This document shows, one piece after another, positions 23,864 through 32,000 of a DNA stretch of 32,000 bases. Position numbers and translations under genes: made by a program. The stretch covers positions 868,925 through 900,924 of the forward strand of contig CP001577.1 of NCBI GenBank assembly GCA_000090985.2. Direction: 5' to 3'. The stretch's first letter is position 1, and each line of letters opens with the position of its first letter. The notes beneath the pieces were generated by a model. That model had not been told where the DNA came from. It saw only the letters and a list, made by a program, of their open reading frames with translations, and ran no database searches. The stretch is from Micromonas sp. Its lineage: Eukaryota.

Positions 23864-25251
23864 ATGCTCTCGCGCCTGACGCTCCGACTCAGAGGGAAGA
23901 CCGCGCGACTGCTCCACGCGCCCGCCCCCACGGGGGCGACCCCCCCCGCGCCGCCGGCGCGAGCGATGACCCGCCGCGTCGCGTCCACCGCGTTCGCCGC
24001 GACATCCTCGCACGTCGATCGCAGGCTCGAGTCCACGGCGGCGTCGTTCGCGGCGGCTCTCGGCGCGACGTTCCCGGGACGACCCGGCGCCGCCGCGACG
24101 GCGAAAACGCGTGACCAAACGCCTCTCGTCGCGTCGCCCTCTCCCGCCGCGCTCGAAGCCCCTCGCGCTGCCGCGCAGCCGCCGGTAAACGCGGTGGATG
24201 TCGAGGCGGCGCACGACCGCGCCGCCGCGGCGGACGCGAGCGACGCGTCGAGGCGATCGGGTCCCGTCGTCGCGGAGGCGGAGTCGCAGCGAAAGTACCA
24301 CTTCCAGGTGCGCGGCGCGGAGGCGAAGCGAGACTTCGATCGCTCCAAGGTGAAGTGCATGTGCCACGAGGTGAGTGAAGGAACAACTGTTCTCCAAGAT
24401 GTTCCGGCGGTGGGCTTGTGAACCAATACCACCGCCAAAACAGACAGCACAGTTGGTCAAGACCTGGATCCCTCGTCAGACTCACGTAGTACACGTGCAA
24501 GTACTACCCTTCTCTCCACCCCACTCCAACTCCCCAGGTCGCCGCCGCCGCGGCACTCCGCAGCCGAAACACTCACGCCGCCGCCGCCGCCGCCGCGTCG
24601 TCGTCCTCGTCGTCCTCGTCTTGCGCGGTCGACGATACGCCCACCGACGCCGCCTCCGAGAACATCAACGACTTCTTCGTCTTCAACCGCACCACCCTCG
24701 CCGACATCCTCGCCGCCAAGCACCGGACGCACACCTACTGGGGATCCAACCACTGGTGCGACGCGTCCGAGCCCGTCGCCGTCGCCGTTCGTCGCATGAA
24801 CTCGCAAGACGTGGGCGCGTTGCTCGTGATGGACCGATCGTTGCTGGACGTCGACGGCGACGAGCGCGTCACCGAGGCGGAGTTCAGGGCGTCGCCGCAG
24901 ACGGGCGCGATGCGAGGGATCGTCACCGAGCGCGATTACCTCCGCGCGGTGGCGCGCGGCGCGGTAAGCCCCGGCACCGCCGTCGGCGACATCATGACCG
25001 ATTTCGCGACGGACAACGGCGCGGGGCTCATAAGCGCCTCGCCCGATACGTCCGTGCTCGCGGCGATGGAGATCATGACCGAGGCGCGGATCCGGCACAT
25101 CCCGTGCATCGCGCCACCGTCCAGGGACGGCGCGACGGGCGCGGTGATGGAGGGCATGGTGTGCATCGGCGACGTCGTCAAGGCGCTGCTCGCGGAGGAG
25201 CGGGAGGAGGTTCAGATCTGCCGCGACTTCATCAACGGGGTGTACGATTGA
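23864..25251 (+). CDS. CBS-domain-pair protein, CBSX3-like, with long N-terminal extension; exons 23864..24370 and 24538..25251
   Basis: Exon 2 reads NRTTLADILAAK....WCDASEPVAVAVRRMNSQDVGALLVMD...GIVTERDYLRAV....GTAVGDIMTD...SPDTSVLAAMEIMTEARIRHIPCI...MVCIGDVVKALLAEEREEVQICRDFINGVY. It parallels Arabidopsis CBSX3 (HNVGALVV, GIITERDYLRK, VGDIMT, RIRHIPVI, SIGDVVRAVV..HREE). The junction CACGAG|GTGAGT ... CTCCCCAG|GTC is phase 0 on both sides. Exon 1 (169 aa, presequence-like start MLSRLTLRLRGK) is less certain. Confidence 0.7.
24371..24537 (+). other. Intron (167 nt) of CBSX-like gene
   Basis: GTGAGT donor, lower GC than the flanks, in-frame stop inside, CT-rich tract and CAG acceptor. Removing it joins the two ORFs in frame. 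Confidence 0.65.
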
Positions 25252-25282
25252 GACGCGGGTGGCGCGCGACGAGACGGAGACA

Positions 25283-25305
25283 CGAACGAACGAACGAACG
25301 AACGA
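25283..25305. repeat. (CGAA)5 microsatellite in the CBSX 3' flank
   Basis: Read directly from the sequence. Confidence 0.9.
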
Positions 25306-25991
25306 CGCGCCGCGACGCGACGGAAGGTGGGTCCTGGGCCGTGGCTCTTAGATGTTCGCCGAACGTCGCGCGTGTGCAGTGTTCAAAAAGACGCAGCGGG
25401 CTCGTTGACACCCTAGGCGAGGATACTCGCCTAGCGTACTGGTGACTTCTGTCCACTGAGACTGGCCCGCTGAGTCTTCCAAAAGCGGTACACTGGACAC
25501 GCGCGATCACGCACGGCAAGAGCCGCGGTCGAGGACCCATCTCCCGTCGCACCCCCGAGGACTCACGCGCTCTTGTTCTGTTTCACTGTGTTGAATAAAC
25601 CAAGGAAAAACCCAAAAAAAAACCGACGCGTCCACCGCGCAAACAGCGCGAATAGTGTAAATCGGATTCGGAGTTCCTCGTTTCCCAACCGCGCAACCGC
25701 TCGTGATTGAGAGCAGCGCGCGCGGAAACGCGGCGAGATTGACCGCGTTCGCGGTTTAATAACCCCTCGATCTCTGCGGTTGTTTCGACCCGGGAAATTT
25801 CCCGTTGTGGGAAAATTCGCGGTGCAAATTGAGCTCGGTTGCCCAGTCACCTTCTTTTTTCCCGGCCGAAACCAACCCTATCCGCTATCTGAGAAAAGTA
25901 AAAAAACAAGATGATGTGCCACCTCGGCGGGCAGAACCCACCGGCGCACGCTCGGCGGCTCACTCTCTTTCCACCGATCACACCGATCACA

Positions 25992-27386
25992 ATGCAGACC
26001 ATCGCCTCCCGCAGCGCGATCATCGGCCAGCGCGTCACCGCGCGCCCCTCCGGCAAGACCTCCAAGTCGGCTGTCCGCCAGCCGATCAAGGTGAACGCCG
26101 TGCAGACCCTGCAGTCCGGCCAGGGCATGATGGTCGACCCCGACCAGTACGACGACGACGCCAACCGCGGCCGCGGCTCCGGATTCGTCGCCAGGCCCGC
26201 GGGCCAGCGCGTCTCCTCCTCCTCCGCCTCCTACAGCGCCGCCGCGAGGCCCTCCCGCGTCGTCCGCGCTCCCGACGGCGTCACCTACGACCCGGATCAG
26301 TACGACCCGGACGCCAACGTCCGCTCCTCCGGCGCCATCTACTCGCCTCCCGCGGCGCAGCTCGTCAACGACCTTCAGGCCCCCGCGGGTGCCGGCCAGG
26401 TGACCCGCGCCGAGGTCCAGGCGTGCCAGGACTTCTGGGCCAAATCCATCGTGGACATCTCGGCCTCGTTCCTCCAGGGCGGCGACTACGTCGGCCTCGC
26501 GGGCGCGCGCGCGGGTGAGCTCTACGGCTACGGCAACTGCAACGTGCTCTTCAAGCCCACCAAGGCTGCGCAGCACCCCTTCAGGCCCACCGCCAACGAC
26601 GCCATGTCCTACTTCGTGGGCCACGACGCCGTCGCGGGCGGCTACAACGAGGACCACGGCTTTGCCATCAACGCGAAGAAGGGCTTCTCCAAGGTTGTCT
26701 TCAAGAACCACCAGATCGACTGCCACTCCCAGGTGGCGCTCGCCATGGGCACCTACGAGTTCACCTGCGCCACCACCGGCGCCGTCTCCGAGGTTGAGTA
26801 CACCTTCGGCTACAAGCGCTGCCCCGACGGCAAGGTTCGCATCTGCCTCCACCACTCCTCCATCCCCTACGGCGGCGGCGCCGCGGCTCCCGCCACCGGC
26901 GCGGTGACCAAGGAGGACGTCATGAAGGCTCAGGACTTCTGGGCGCAGTCCATCTGCGACATCTCCAGGACCTACCTCCAGGGCGGTGACTACGTCGGCC
27001 TCGCGGGCCAGCGCGCGGGCGAGCTCTACGGCTACGGCCACTCCAACGTGCTCTTCAAGCCCACCAAGGCTGCGGAGTACCAGTTCCGCCCCACTGCCAA
27101 CGAGGCCATGTCCTACTTCGTCGGCGGCAACGCGGTCCCGGGCGGCTACTCGGAGGACCACGGCTTCGCCATCAACTCCGGCAAGGGCTTCTCCAGGGTT
27201 GTCTTCAAGAACCACCAGATTGACTGCCACGGCGACGTCGCGCTCGCCATGGGCACCTACGACTTCACCTGCGCCACCACCGGCGCCGTGTCCACCGTCG
27301 AGTACACCTTCGGCTACAAGCGCAACTCCGACGGCAAGTGCCGCATCTGCCTCCACCACTCCTCCATCCCCTACGGCGCCCACTAA
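25992..27386 (+). CDS. Two-domain iota-class carbonic anhydrase-like protein (LCIP63/COG4337-like, NTF2-like fold), plastid presequence; alternative upstream ATG at 25911
   Basis: The ORF is continuous from 25911. MQTIASRSAIIGQRVTARPSGKTSKSAVRQPIKVNA from ATG 25992 looks like the true transit peptide. Two ~160-aa repeats each contain LFKPTKAA..FRPTAN.AMSYFVG, EDHGFAIN and VEYTFGYKR..DGK.RICLHHSSIPYG. LHHSS lies at 26847..26861 and 27351..27365. Codon bias is very strongly C-ending. Confidence 0.75.
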   Translation: MQTIASRSAIIGQRVTARPSGKTSKSAVRQPIKVNAVQTLQSGQGMMVDPDQYDDDANRGRGSGFVARPAGQRVSSSSASYSAAARPSRVVRAPDGVTYDPDQYDPDANVRSSGAIYSPPAAQLVNDLQAPAGAGQVTRAEVQACQDFWAKSIVDISASFLQGGDYVGLAGARAGELYGYGNCNVLFKPTKAAQHPFRPTANDAMSYFVGHDAVAGGYNEDHGFAINAKKGFSKVVFKNHQIDCHSQVALAMGTYEFTCATTGAVSEVEYTFGYKRCPDGKVRICLHHSSIPYGGGAAAPATGAVTKEDVMKAQDFWAQSICDISRTYLQGGDYVGLAGQRAGELYGYGHSNVLFKPTKAAEYQFRPTANEAMSYFVGGNAVPGGYSEDHGFAINSGKGFSRVVFKNHQIDCHGDVALAMGTYDFTCATTGAVSTVEYTFGYKRNSDGKCRICLHHSSIPYGAH

Positions 27387-27560
27387 GCTATTCATCCAAC
27401 GCCAATAGCGGATGAAGAGCCGTAGCGCCCGTATATACAAAGTGTTATTACGAACAGATTTTTGTTGCTTTGCGTAAACCCGTCTTCGCCTCCACTGCGC
27501 TTTCGCGTCGATGTGCGTCGTATTAAAATGAACCCTAACACACCGCCAATGAACCCAAAC

Positions 27561-28226
27561 TCACGCCTTGACGAGCATGCACACGGTGTGGCACGCGATG
27601 CTCCTGTTCTCGCCGAGCGAGTCCACCTTCTCGTGCGTCTTCGCCTTGACGTTCACCAGCCCCTCGTCGCACTCCAGCAGCTTGGCGAGGTTCTCCTTGA
27701 TGGCCTTCTTGTGCGGGGAGATCTTGGGCCGCTGCGCGATGATGGTGCAGTCGATGTTGCCCATCTCGTACCCGGAGTCCCGCATCAAACGCACCGCCTC
27801 CTTGATGAACACGTCGCTCGTGCACCCCTTCCACTTAGGGTCGTTGTCGGGGAAGCACTGCCCGATGTCCGGCAACCCGAGCGCGCCGGTGATTGCGTCG
27901 AAGACGCAGTGGAGGAGCACGTCGCCGTCGGAGTGCGCGACGCACCCGCGATCGTGCTCGAGCTTGATCCCGCCGAGCCAGAGCTCGAGATCGGGCATCT
28001 CGGAGAGGAGCTCCATGCGGTGGAGGTCGAAGCCGTGGCCGACCCTCATCGGGACGGGCTTGACGTCGAGGACCTCGCCGGTGGCGAGCTTCACCGCGCG
28101 CGTCGCGACGGAGCGGCGGCGAGCGGCGGCGGCGGGACCCGCGGCGGGCCGGCTGACGCGCCCGTGGGTGGTCTTTGCGACCGCGCGGGTCACCATCACC
28201 GCTGAGGCGGCGCACGCGGCGGACAT
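27561..28226 (-). CDS. ISPF: 2-C-methyl-D-erythritol 2,4-cyclodiphosphate synthase (IspF, plastid MEP pathway)
   Basis: MRVGHGFDLHRM (metal-binding D/H), HSDGDVLLHCVFDAITGALGLPDIGQCFPDNDPKWKG and IIAQRPKISPHK are canonical IspF motifs. There is an N-terminal transit-like presequence. ATG at 28226. Confidence 0.9.
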   Translation of the reverse strand: MSAACAASAVMVTRAVAKTTHGRVSRPAAGPAAAARRRSVATRAVKLATGEVLDVKPVPMRVGHGFDLHRMELLSEMPDLELWLGGIKLEHDRGCVAHSDGDVLLHCVFDAITGALGLPDIGQCFPDNDPKWKGCTSDVFIKEAVRLMRDSGYEMGNIDCTIIAQRPKISPHKKAIKENLAKLLECDEGLVNVKAKTHEKVDSLGENRSIACHTVCMLVKA

Positions 28227-28665
28227 CAGGACCGCTAACAGTTGGATGGGAGGACGACCGTCACGAGACTGCGCGCCCGATTGCGCTATCTGCTATCCGC
28301 GGTGGGATGGGCTCGGAGCGGACGAAGATTCGTTTGCCAGGCGGGCAGGGCGCGCCATATGACAAATCCCGCACCGAGATCGCCAAACGGGATCTCTATC
28401 CTATGCGCGCCAGTCACAAAAATCCAAACGTAAAAAGATCTTTTTGGTTTTGAGAGGCCCTGCTCGTACCCGCGTTTCGTCCTATTTGGCAATTTTCTCG
28501 AGAATGCATCGGACGCGGTGAGGCGCGCCACACACACACGCGCGCGCGTCGCTTCCCGCACGCCGACCAACCTCCCGAGCTTTCCCCAAAGTCTCGCGGA
28601 CCCCTACCTAAACCTTCCGCACCGAAGGCTTCACCCCCACACCCGCACACGGAATCAACGCAAAT

Positions 28666-29526
28666 ATGGCCGCGACGCGACTCTCGCTCAACACCGCCAG
28701 CTTCGCGCCCTCGCGCGTCGCTCGCCCCGCCGGACGGTGCGTCCCTTCGAAATCGCCACCCTCCCGGATCCCGCGTTCATTCGCGTCTCATCGCGCGTTT
28801 TGGCGGGTCCGCCGCGGCGCGAGCGCGAGTACGCGTCGCGCCGCGACGAGAGAACTCCCCCGCACCTCACGCGGGAGATCCCAGCCTCGTCGTTGCGTCG
28901 AGACTCTCGATCTTTTTTGCCCTAGGTGCTGACGAGGCCGGCCCCGCTCTCCCCGACAGTCGCGCCATGAGGTGCAACGCCGCCGCCAAGGGCATCCAGG
29001 GCGACGGAAAGGTCCAGCTGTGCATTTCCAAGGAGCAGTTCGACGCCATCAACGACAAGGCCGGCGACTCGCTGGTGCGCACCCCCCCTTATCTTCCTCC
29101 CCAACTGTTCTCCCAAGACGGTTGCACCCGCAAAACGTGGTCTATTTGTCATAAATCGTCAACTCGACCGGACCGAACGAACCCCCGCGCTCACCACGCG
29201 CCCGCCCGACCCAAACTCGAAAACAAAAACAGGTGGCGGTGCAGATCTCCACGAAGACGTGCGGCCCGTGCAAGGTCGTCTACCCCTACTTCGCGGGCCT
29301 GTCCGAGGAGCTCCCGGCCGTGAGTTTTGTGAAGATCATGGGCGACCACGACGCGGACACCAGGGCTCTCATGAAGGAGTGGGGCGTGCGAGTGGTGCCG
29401 CTGTTCATGCTGTTCCGCAACGGCGAGAAGGTGACCGAGTGGTCCGGTGCCAAGCCCGAGGTGCTCAGGGAGAACGTCATCGAGGCGTGCAACGACAAGG
29501 AGAAGGCCACCATGGTCACCGCGTGA
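28666..29526 (+). CDS. Chloroplast thioredoxin f-like protein with atypical TCGPC active site; exons 28666..28736, 28960..29074, 29233..29526
   Basis: Exon 1 (MAATRLSLNTASFAPSRVARPAGR, transit-like) ends CGGACG|GTGCGT. The acceptor CCCCGACAG ends at 28959, and CG+T restores the frame. Exon 2 (...KVQLCISKEQFDAINDKAGDSL) ends CTG|GTGCGC. The acceptor AAAAACAG ends at 29232. Exon 3 reads VAVQISTKTCGPCKVVYPYFAGLSEELPAVSFVKIMGDHDADTRALMKEWGVRVVPLFMLFRNGEKVTEWSGAKPEVL. This parallels Trx f (WCGPCKVMAPKY..L....V.FLKLDCNQ.NK.LAKELGIRVVPTFKI.K...). Confidence 0.75.
28737..28959 (+). other. Intron 1 (223 nt) of Trx-like gene
   Basis: GTGCGT donor, GTGCTGACG branch-like site about 30 nt before the CAG acceptor. 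The junction is phase-consistent. Confidence 0.6.
29075..29232 (+). other. Intron 2 (158 nt) of Trx-like gene
   Basis: GTGCGC donor, CGCTCAC branch-like site, A-rich tail, CAG acceptor. It joins AGDSL to VAVQISTKTCGPC, the expected thioredoxin beta1-to-active-site spacing. Confidence 0.75.
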
Positions 29527-29723
29527 GGCGAGGCTCGCGGCGGCGATTGCTCATCGGCGAATGATTGATTCGACGACGACGACGCGCGCCGGTGAAAACA
29601 CACGTAAAGAAAGCGGTTGACAGAGACACCCTGTATTAGTACCAAGTAAGACCCGCGTCCGTTGATCGTTCTCTACGCGTCACTCGTGCATTACAAGGCG
29701 CCTAATCACGCGTCCGTTTCGTC

Positions 29724-31529
29724 TCAGAGCACGCTCCTGAACTCGTTGGTCGGGATCTTCCCGCCCTTCATGTGATCCTTCACCTCGGAGATGTCCACCT
29801 CGCCGCGATGGAAGATCCCCGCCGCGAGCGCCGCGCTGCACTTCGTCGCGTTGAACACGTCCGTGAAGTGCTTCGGCTCCCCCGCGCCAGACGACGCGAT
29901 CACCGGGATGGTCACCGCGTCGGCGACGAGTCCCACGAGCTCGTGGTCGAACCCGTTCCCTTGCCCGTCCTCGTCGATGCAGTTGAGCAAAATCTCTCCG
30001 CACCCGAGATCCTCCATCGCGATCGCCAACTCGTACGCGCCGATGTCCCGGCCCTCCCGCCCGCCCTTCACGGTGCACTGGAACCACACGTACTCCTCGC
30101 CGTTCGGACCCGGCCGCGACGTCTTGATGCACCTGTTCTTAGTCTCCGAGGGGTCGGCGACGTACGCCCGCCGCGGGTCGATGGACACGACCATCGCCTG
30201 CACGCCGTATCGCTCGCTGATCTGCTCGATGCTCGTGCACCCGTCTTTTTTCTTGTCGTTGGCGTAGTACTGCTCGGCGACGTACACGGCGTCGGAGCCG
30301 ATGGAGACCTTATCCGCGCCAGCCTTGAAGTACGCCGCCGCCACCTCCAGCGCGGTGTAGGACACGCCGTTGGAGTCGGTGAAATCTCGAATGCCGCCGC
30401 CCACGGTGAGGGGAACGAAGACCGTCTCGGACGACCTTCGCAGCACCTCGAGCATGGGCGCGTCCGTCAGCGGCAGGTCCCTGTATCCCGTGATGTTCAG
30501 GAACGCCACCTCGTCCGCGCCCTGCTTGAAGTACTTGCCCGCGAGCTCGACGGGTTTGCCGAGGTTGCGCACGTCGTTCCCGTCATCCTTCTCTCGAACG
30601 TCGTAGGAATCCCCCTTGGTCACCACCAGGTCCCCCGCGTCGTTGGACCTGACGTCGAGGCACGCGATGACGCGCTTGGCGAGGCCGAGGTCGTCCGTGT
30701 CCGCGGCGAGTTTGGTCTTCGCCCGGCCCGCGCCCCGCTCCTCGGTGTCGCCCTCGAGGAAGTTTCGAAAGATGGACAGTCCCTTCTCGCCAGACTTCTC
30801 CGGGTGAAATTGGCACGCCATCACCTCGCCCTTCTGCACCGCCGCGATGAACTCCCCGCCGTACTCGCACGTCGCCAGCACCCAGTCCTCGTTGGCGACG
30901 TCCGGGGTGGCGCGGTACGAGTGGACAAAGTACAGCCTGTCCCCGGGTGGGACGTCGGCCATGAGCCCGGTGTCGCGCTTAAAGTCCAGGGTGTTCCATC
31001 CGATGTGCGGGACGACGAGGCCGTCGCCGCGGAACTTGCCCACGACGCCGGGGATGATGCCGAGGCCCTCCACCCCTCCGCTCTCCTCGCTGCCGTCGAA
31101 CAGCAGCTGCAGGCCGAGGCAGACGCCCATGAACGGCTTGCCGGACGCGACGTAGTCCTTGATGGGGTCGACGAGCCCGCGCGACGTGAGGACGTCCATG
31201 GCGGACCCGTACGCGCCGACGCCCGGGAAGATGAGCTTGTCCGCGGCGGCGATGCCCGCGGGGTCGTCCACGGACTTGACCGTGAAGCCCAGGGCTTGGA
31301 TGGCGTTGCGAACGCTCCGAACGTTGCCGGCGCCGTAGTCCAGGAGGGTCACCTCCCCTCGGCTCTCGGCGGCGAAGACGCGGATCGGGCCGGGCGCGCG
31401 GATGGCGCCGCGAGACGCGGGGCGGACGCGCACGGCCGCGCGGCGGGCGAGCGCGCGAGGGGCGCGCCGCTCGAACTGCGCCCGCGCGGCGAGCGGCGGC
31501 GCGGGGGTGGTGACGGACGTCGCGATCAT
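29724..31529 (-). CDS. HISN4: Bifunctional imidazole glycerol phosphate synthase HisH-HisF (plastid histidine biosynthesis)
   Basis: The glutaminase half has GVCLGLQLL (Cys nucleophile) and ACQFHPEKSG. The cyclase half has RVIACLDVR, VPLTVGGGIR, GADKVSIGS, SIDPRR, GCGEILLNCIDEDGQGNGFD and IASSGAG. The presequence is MIATSVTTPAPPLAARAQF.... The first ATG is at 31529; the track start is GTG at 31535. Confidence 0.9.
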   Translation of the reverse strand: MIATSVTTPAPPLAARAQFERRAPRALARRAAVRVRPASRGAIRAPGPIRVFAAESRGEVTLLDYGAGNVRSVRNAIQALGFTVKSVDDPAGIAAADKLIFPGVGAYGSAMDVLTSRGLVDPIKDYVASGKPFMGVCLGLQLLFDGSEESGGVEGLGIIPGVVGKFRGDGLVVPHIGWNTLDFKRDTGLMADVPPGDRLYFVHSYRATPDVANEDWVLATCEYGGEFIAAVQKGEVMACQFHPEKSGEKGLSIFRNFLEGDTEERGAGRAKTKLAADTDDLGLAKRVIACLDVRSNDAGDLVVTKGDSYDVREKDDGNDVRNLGKPVELAGKYFKQGADEVAFLNITGYRDLPLTDAPMLEVLRRSSETVFVPLTVGGGIRDFTDSNGVSYTALEVAAAYFKAGADKVSIGSDAVYVAEQYYANDKKKDGCTSIEQISERYGVQAMVVSIDPRRAYVADPSETKNRCIKTSRPGPNGEEYVWFQCTVKGGREGRDIGAYELAIAMEDLGCGEILLNCIDEDGQGNGFDHELVGLVADAVTIPVIASSGAGEPKHFTDVFNATKCSAALAAGIFHRGEVDISEVKDHMKGGKIPTNEFRSVL

Positions 31530-31787
31530 GGCCACGAGCGGTGTGGTCCTTGGACGGCGGCGATCTGTCGTCCGTGTTTATCCCTAAACCCCGAACCGCC
31601 GAAATACCGAAAGGTCGTGTTTCCTCGGTCTAACTGTTCACCATAGCGAAGGGTGTGCGCTGATTCCGTGCGCGTAGCTCACTGTTTGCGTGTGCAAATG
31701 TGTGAATCACTAACCGCAAACTGATGCACGTTGAAAACGACGCGAAGGCGAAGGCGGCACCTCTCCCGTGGCACGAAGCACTCCTGC

Positions 31788-32000
31788 ATGCTCGGGGTCG
31801 CCGTGGGCGCGAGGCGGGGACTGGCGGGTTCGGCGGCCGGTCTTCGGAGAGGCGGCACGCGCATCGCCGCGGCGCTCCTCTCCGACGGAATATCCACCCT
31901 CGCGCGCCGCCCCGCCGCCCTCCCGCGGCCGAGGACCTCGCATCCGCGCGCGTCCTCGATGGATTTTCTCGAGGGGTTCCGCCTCGGCGCGACGCGGGAG
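31788..32000 (+). CDS. Possible 5' end of a further gene (presequence-like), truncated by the window end
   Basis: The frame stays open from ATG 31788 to the window edge: MLGVAVGARRGLAGSAAGLRRGGTRIAAALLSDGISTLARRPAALPRPRTSHPRASSMDFLEGFRLGATRE. It is not in the ORF track because it is truncated. It sits divergent from HisHF. I see no recognisable domain yet. Confidence 0.3.
   Translation, partial: MLGVAVGARRGLAGSAAGLRRGGTRIAAALLSDGISTLARRPAALPRPRTSHPRASSMDFLEGFRLGATRE

Noticed and set aside
1920-29232. Introner elements (repeat-derived introns known from some Micromonas genomes)
   Set aside because: The seven introns inspected share only generic splice signals. I could not see a common internal repeat sequence or uniform length. 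A genome-wide comparison would be needed to exclude this fully.
28967-29323. Track ORF starting MRCNAAAKG taken as the thioredoxin start, and 29233 GTG taken as a start
   Set aside because: Both are internal exons. The upstream exon 28666..28736 supplies a transit-like N-terminus and splices in phase. 29233 is the first base after a CAG acceptor, not an initiation codon. The tail of the 28967 ORF beyond 29074 is intron read-through.
31582-31592. CCCTAAACCCC as a possible telomerase RNA template
   Set aside because: It lies in a 258-bp divergent promoter between two protein genes. There is no Pol III-type upstream element or T-run terminator and too little room for a telomerase RNA. It is more likely a telo-box promoter element.
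1-32000. Prokaryotic reading of the window (operons, defence islands, mobile elements)
   Set aside because: The window has spliced genes with phase-consistent introns and transit peptides. It has eukaryote-only genes (dynein heavy chain, CFAP298, POLA2, REV7, GT10, U-box) and alternating gene orientation. I see no Shine-Dalgarno-type spacing, integrase, transposase or terminal inverted repeats.

Overview
This window is GC-rich (about two-thirds G+C by eye), very gene-dense eukaryotic nuclear DNA, not prokaryotic DNA. Evidence: spliceosomal introns with G|GTG(A/C)G donors, CTGAC/CTCAC branch-like sites and YAG acceptors; organelle-type N-terminal presequences; two Pol III tRNA genes followed by T-runs; a plant-type TTTAGGG repeat. 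The gene content (axonemal dynein heavy chain, CFAP298, PTOX, FZL, IspF, HisHF, GT10 fucosyltransferase, SVPAEIGQLTSL-type LRRs) and the composition fit a flagellated Mamiellophyceae green alga, Micromonas-like; that assignment is inference. I support about 20 protein-coding genes, one partial at each edge, and 2 tRNAs. They lie in an almost strictly alternating strand pattern, with bidirectional promoters of 82-440 bp and convergent stop-to-stop spacers as short as 54 bp. Most genes are single-exon. I found six phase-consistent introns plus one predicted. The supplied ORF track uses bacterial alternative start codons, omits edge-truncated ORFs, and is dominated by antisense or out-of-frame ORFs that stay open only because of GC3 bias; I re-anchored starts to the first ATG. 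Most interesting items: (1) a two-domain iota-carbonic-anhydrase-like protein (HHSS motif twice) with a plastid-type presequence; (2) a U-box E3 ligase fused to near-identical 69-bp-unit LRRs; (3) a CBSX-like / iota-CA-like / IspF / Trx-f-like neighbourhood in which the thioredoxin has an atypical TCGPC site; (4) an interstitial telomere repeat; (5) two unusually long low-GC spacers (17.1-17.7 kb and 17.9-18.8 kb) with a long inverted repeat, a His-rich atypical ORF and splice-like motifs that the gene models do not explain. No CRISPR array, transposon or prokaryotic system is visible. All homology calls come from my recognition of motifs, not from database searches.
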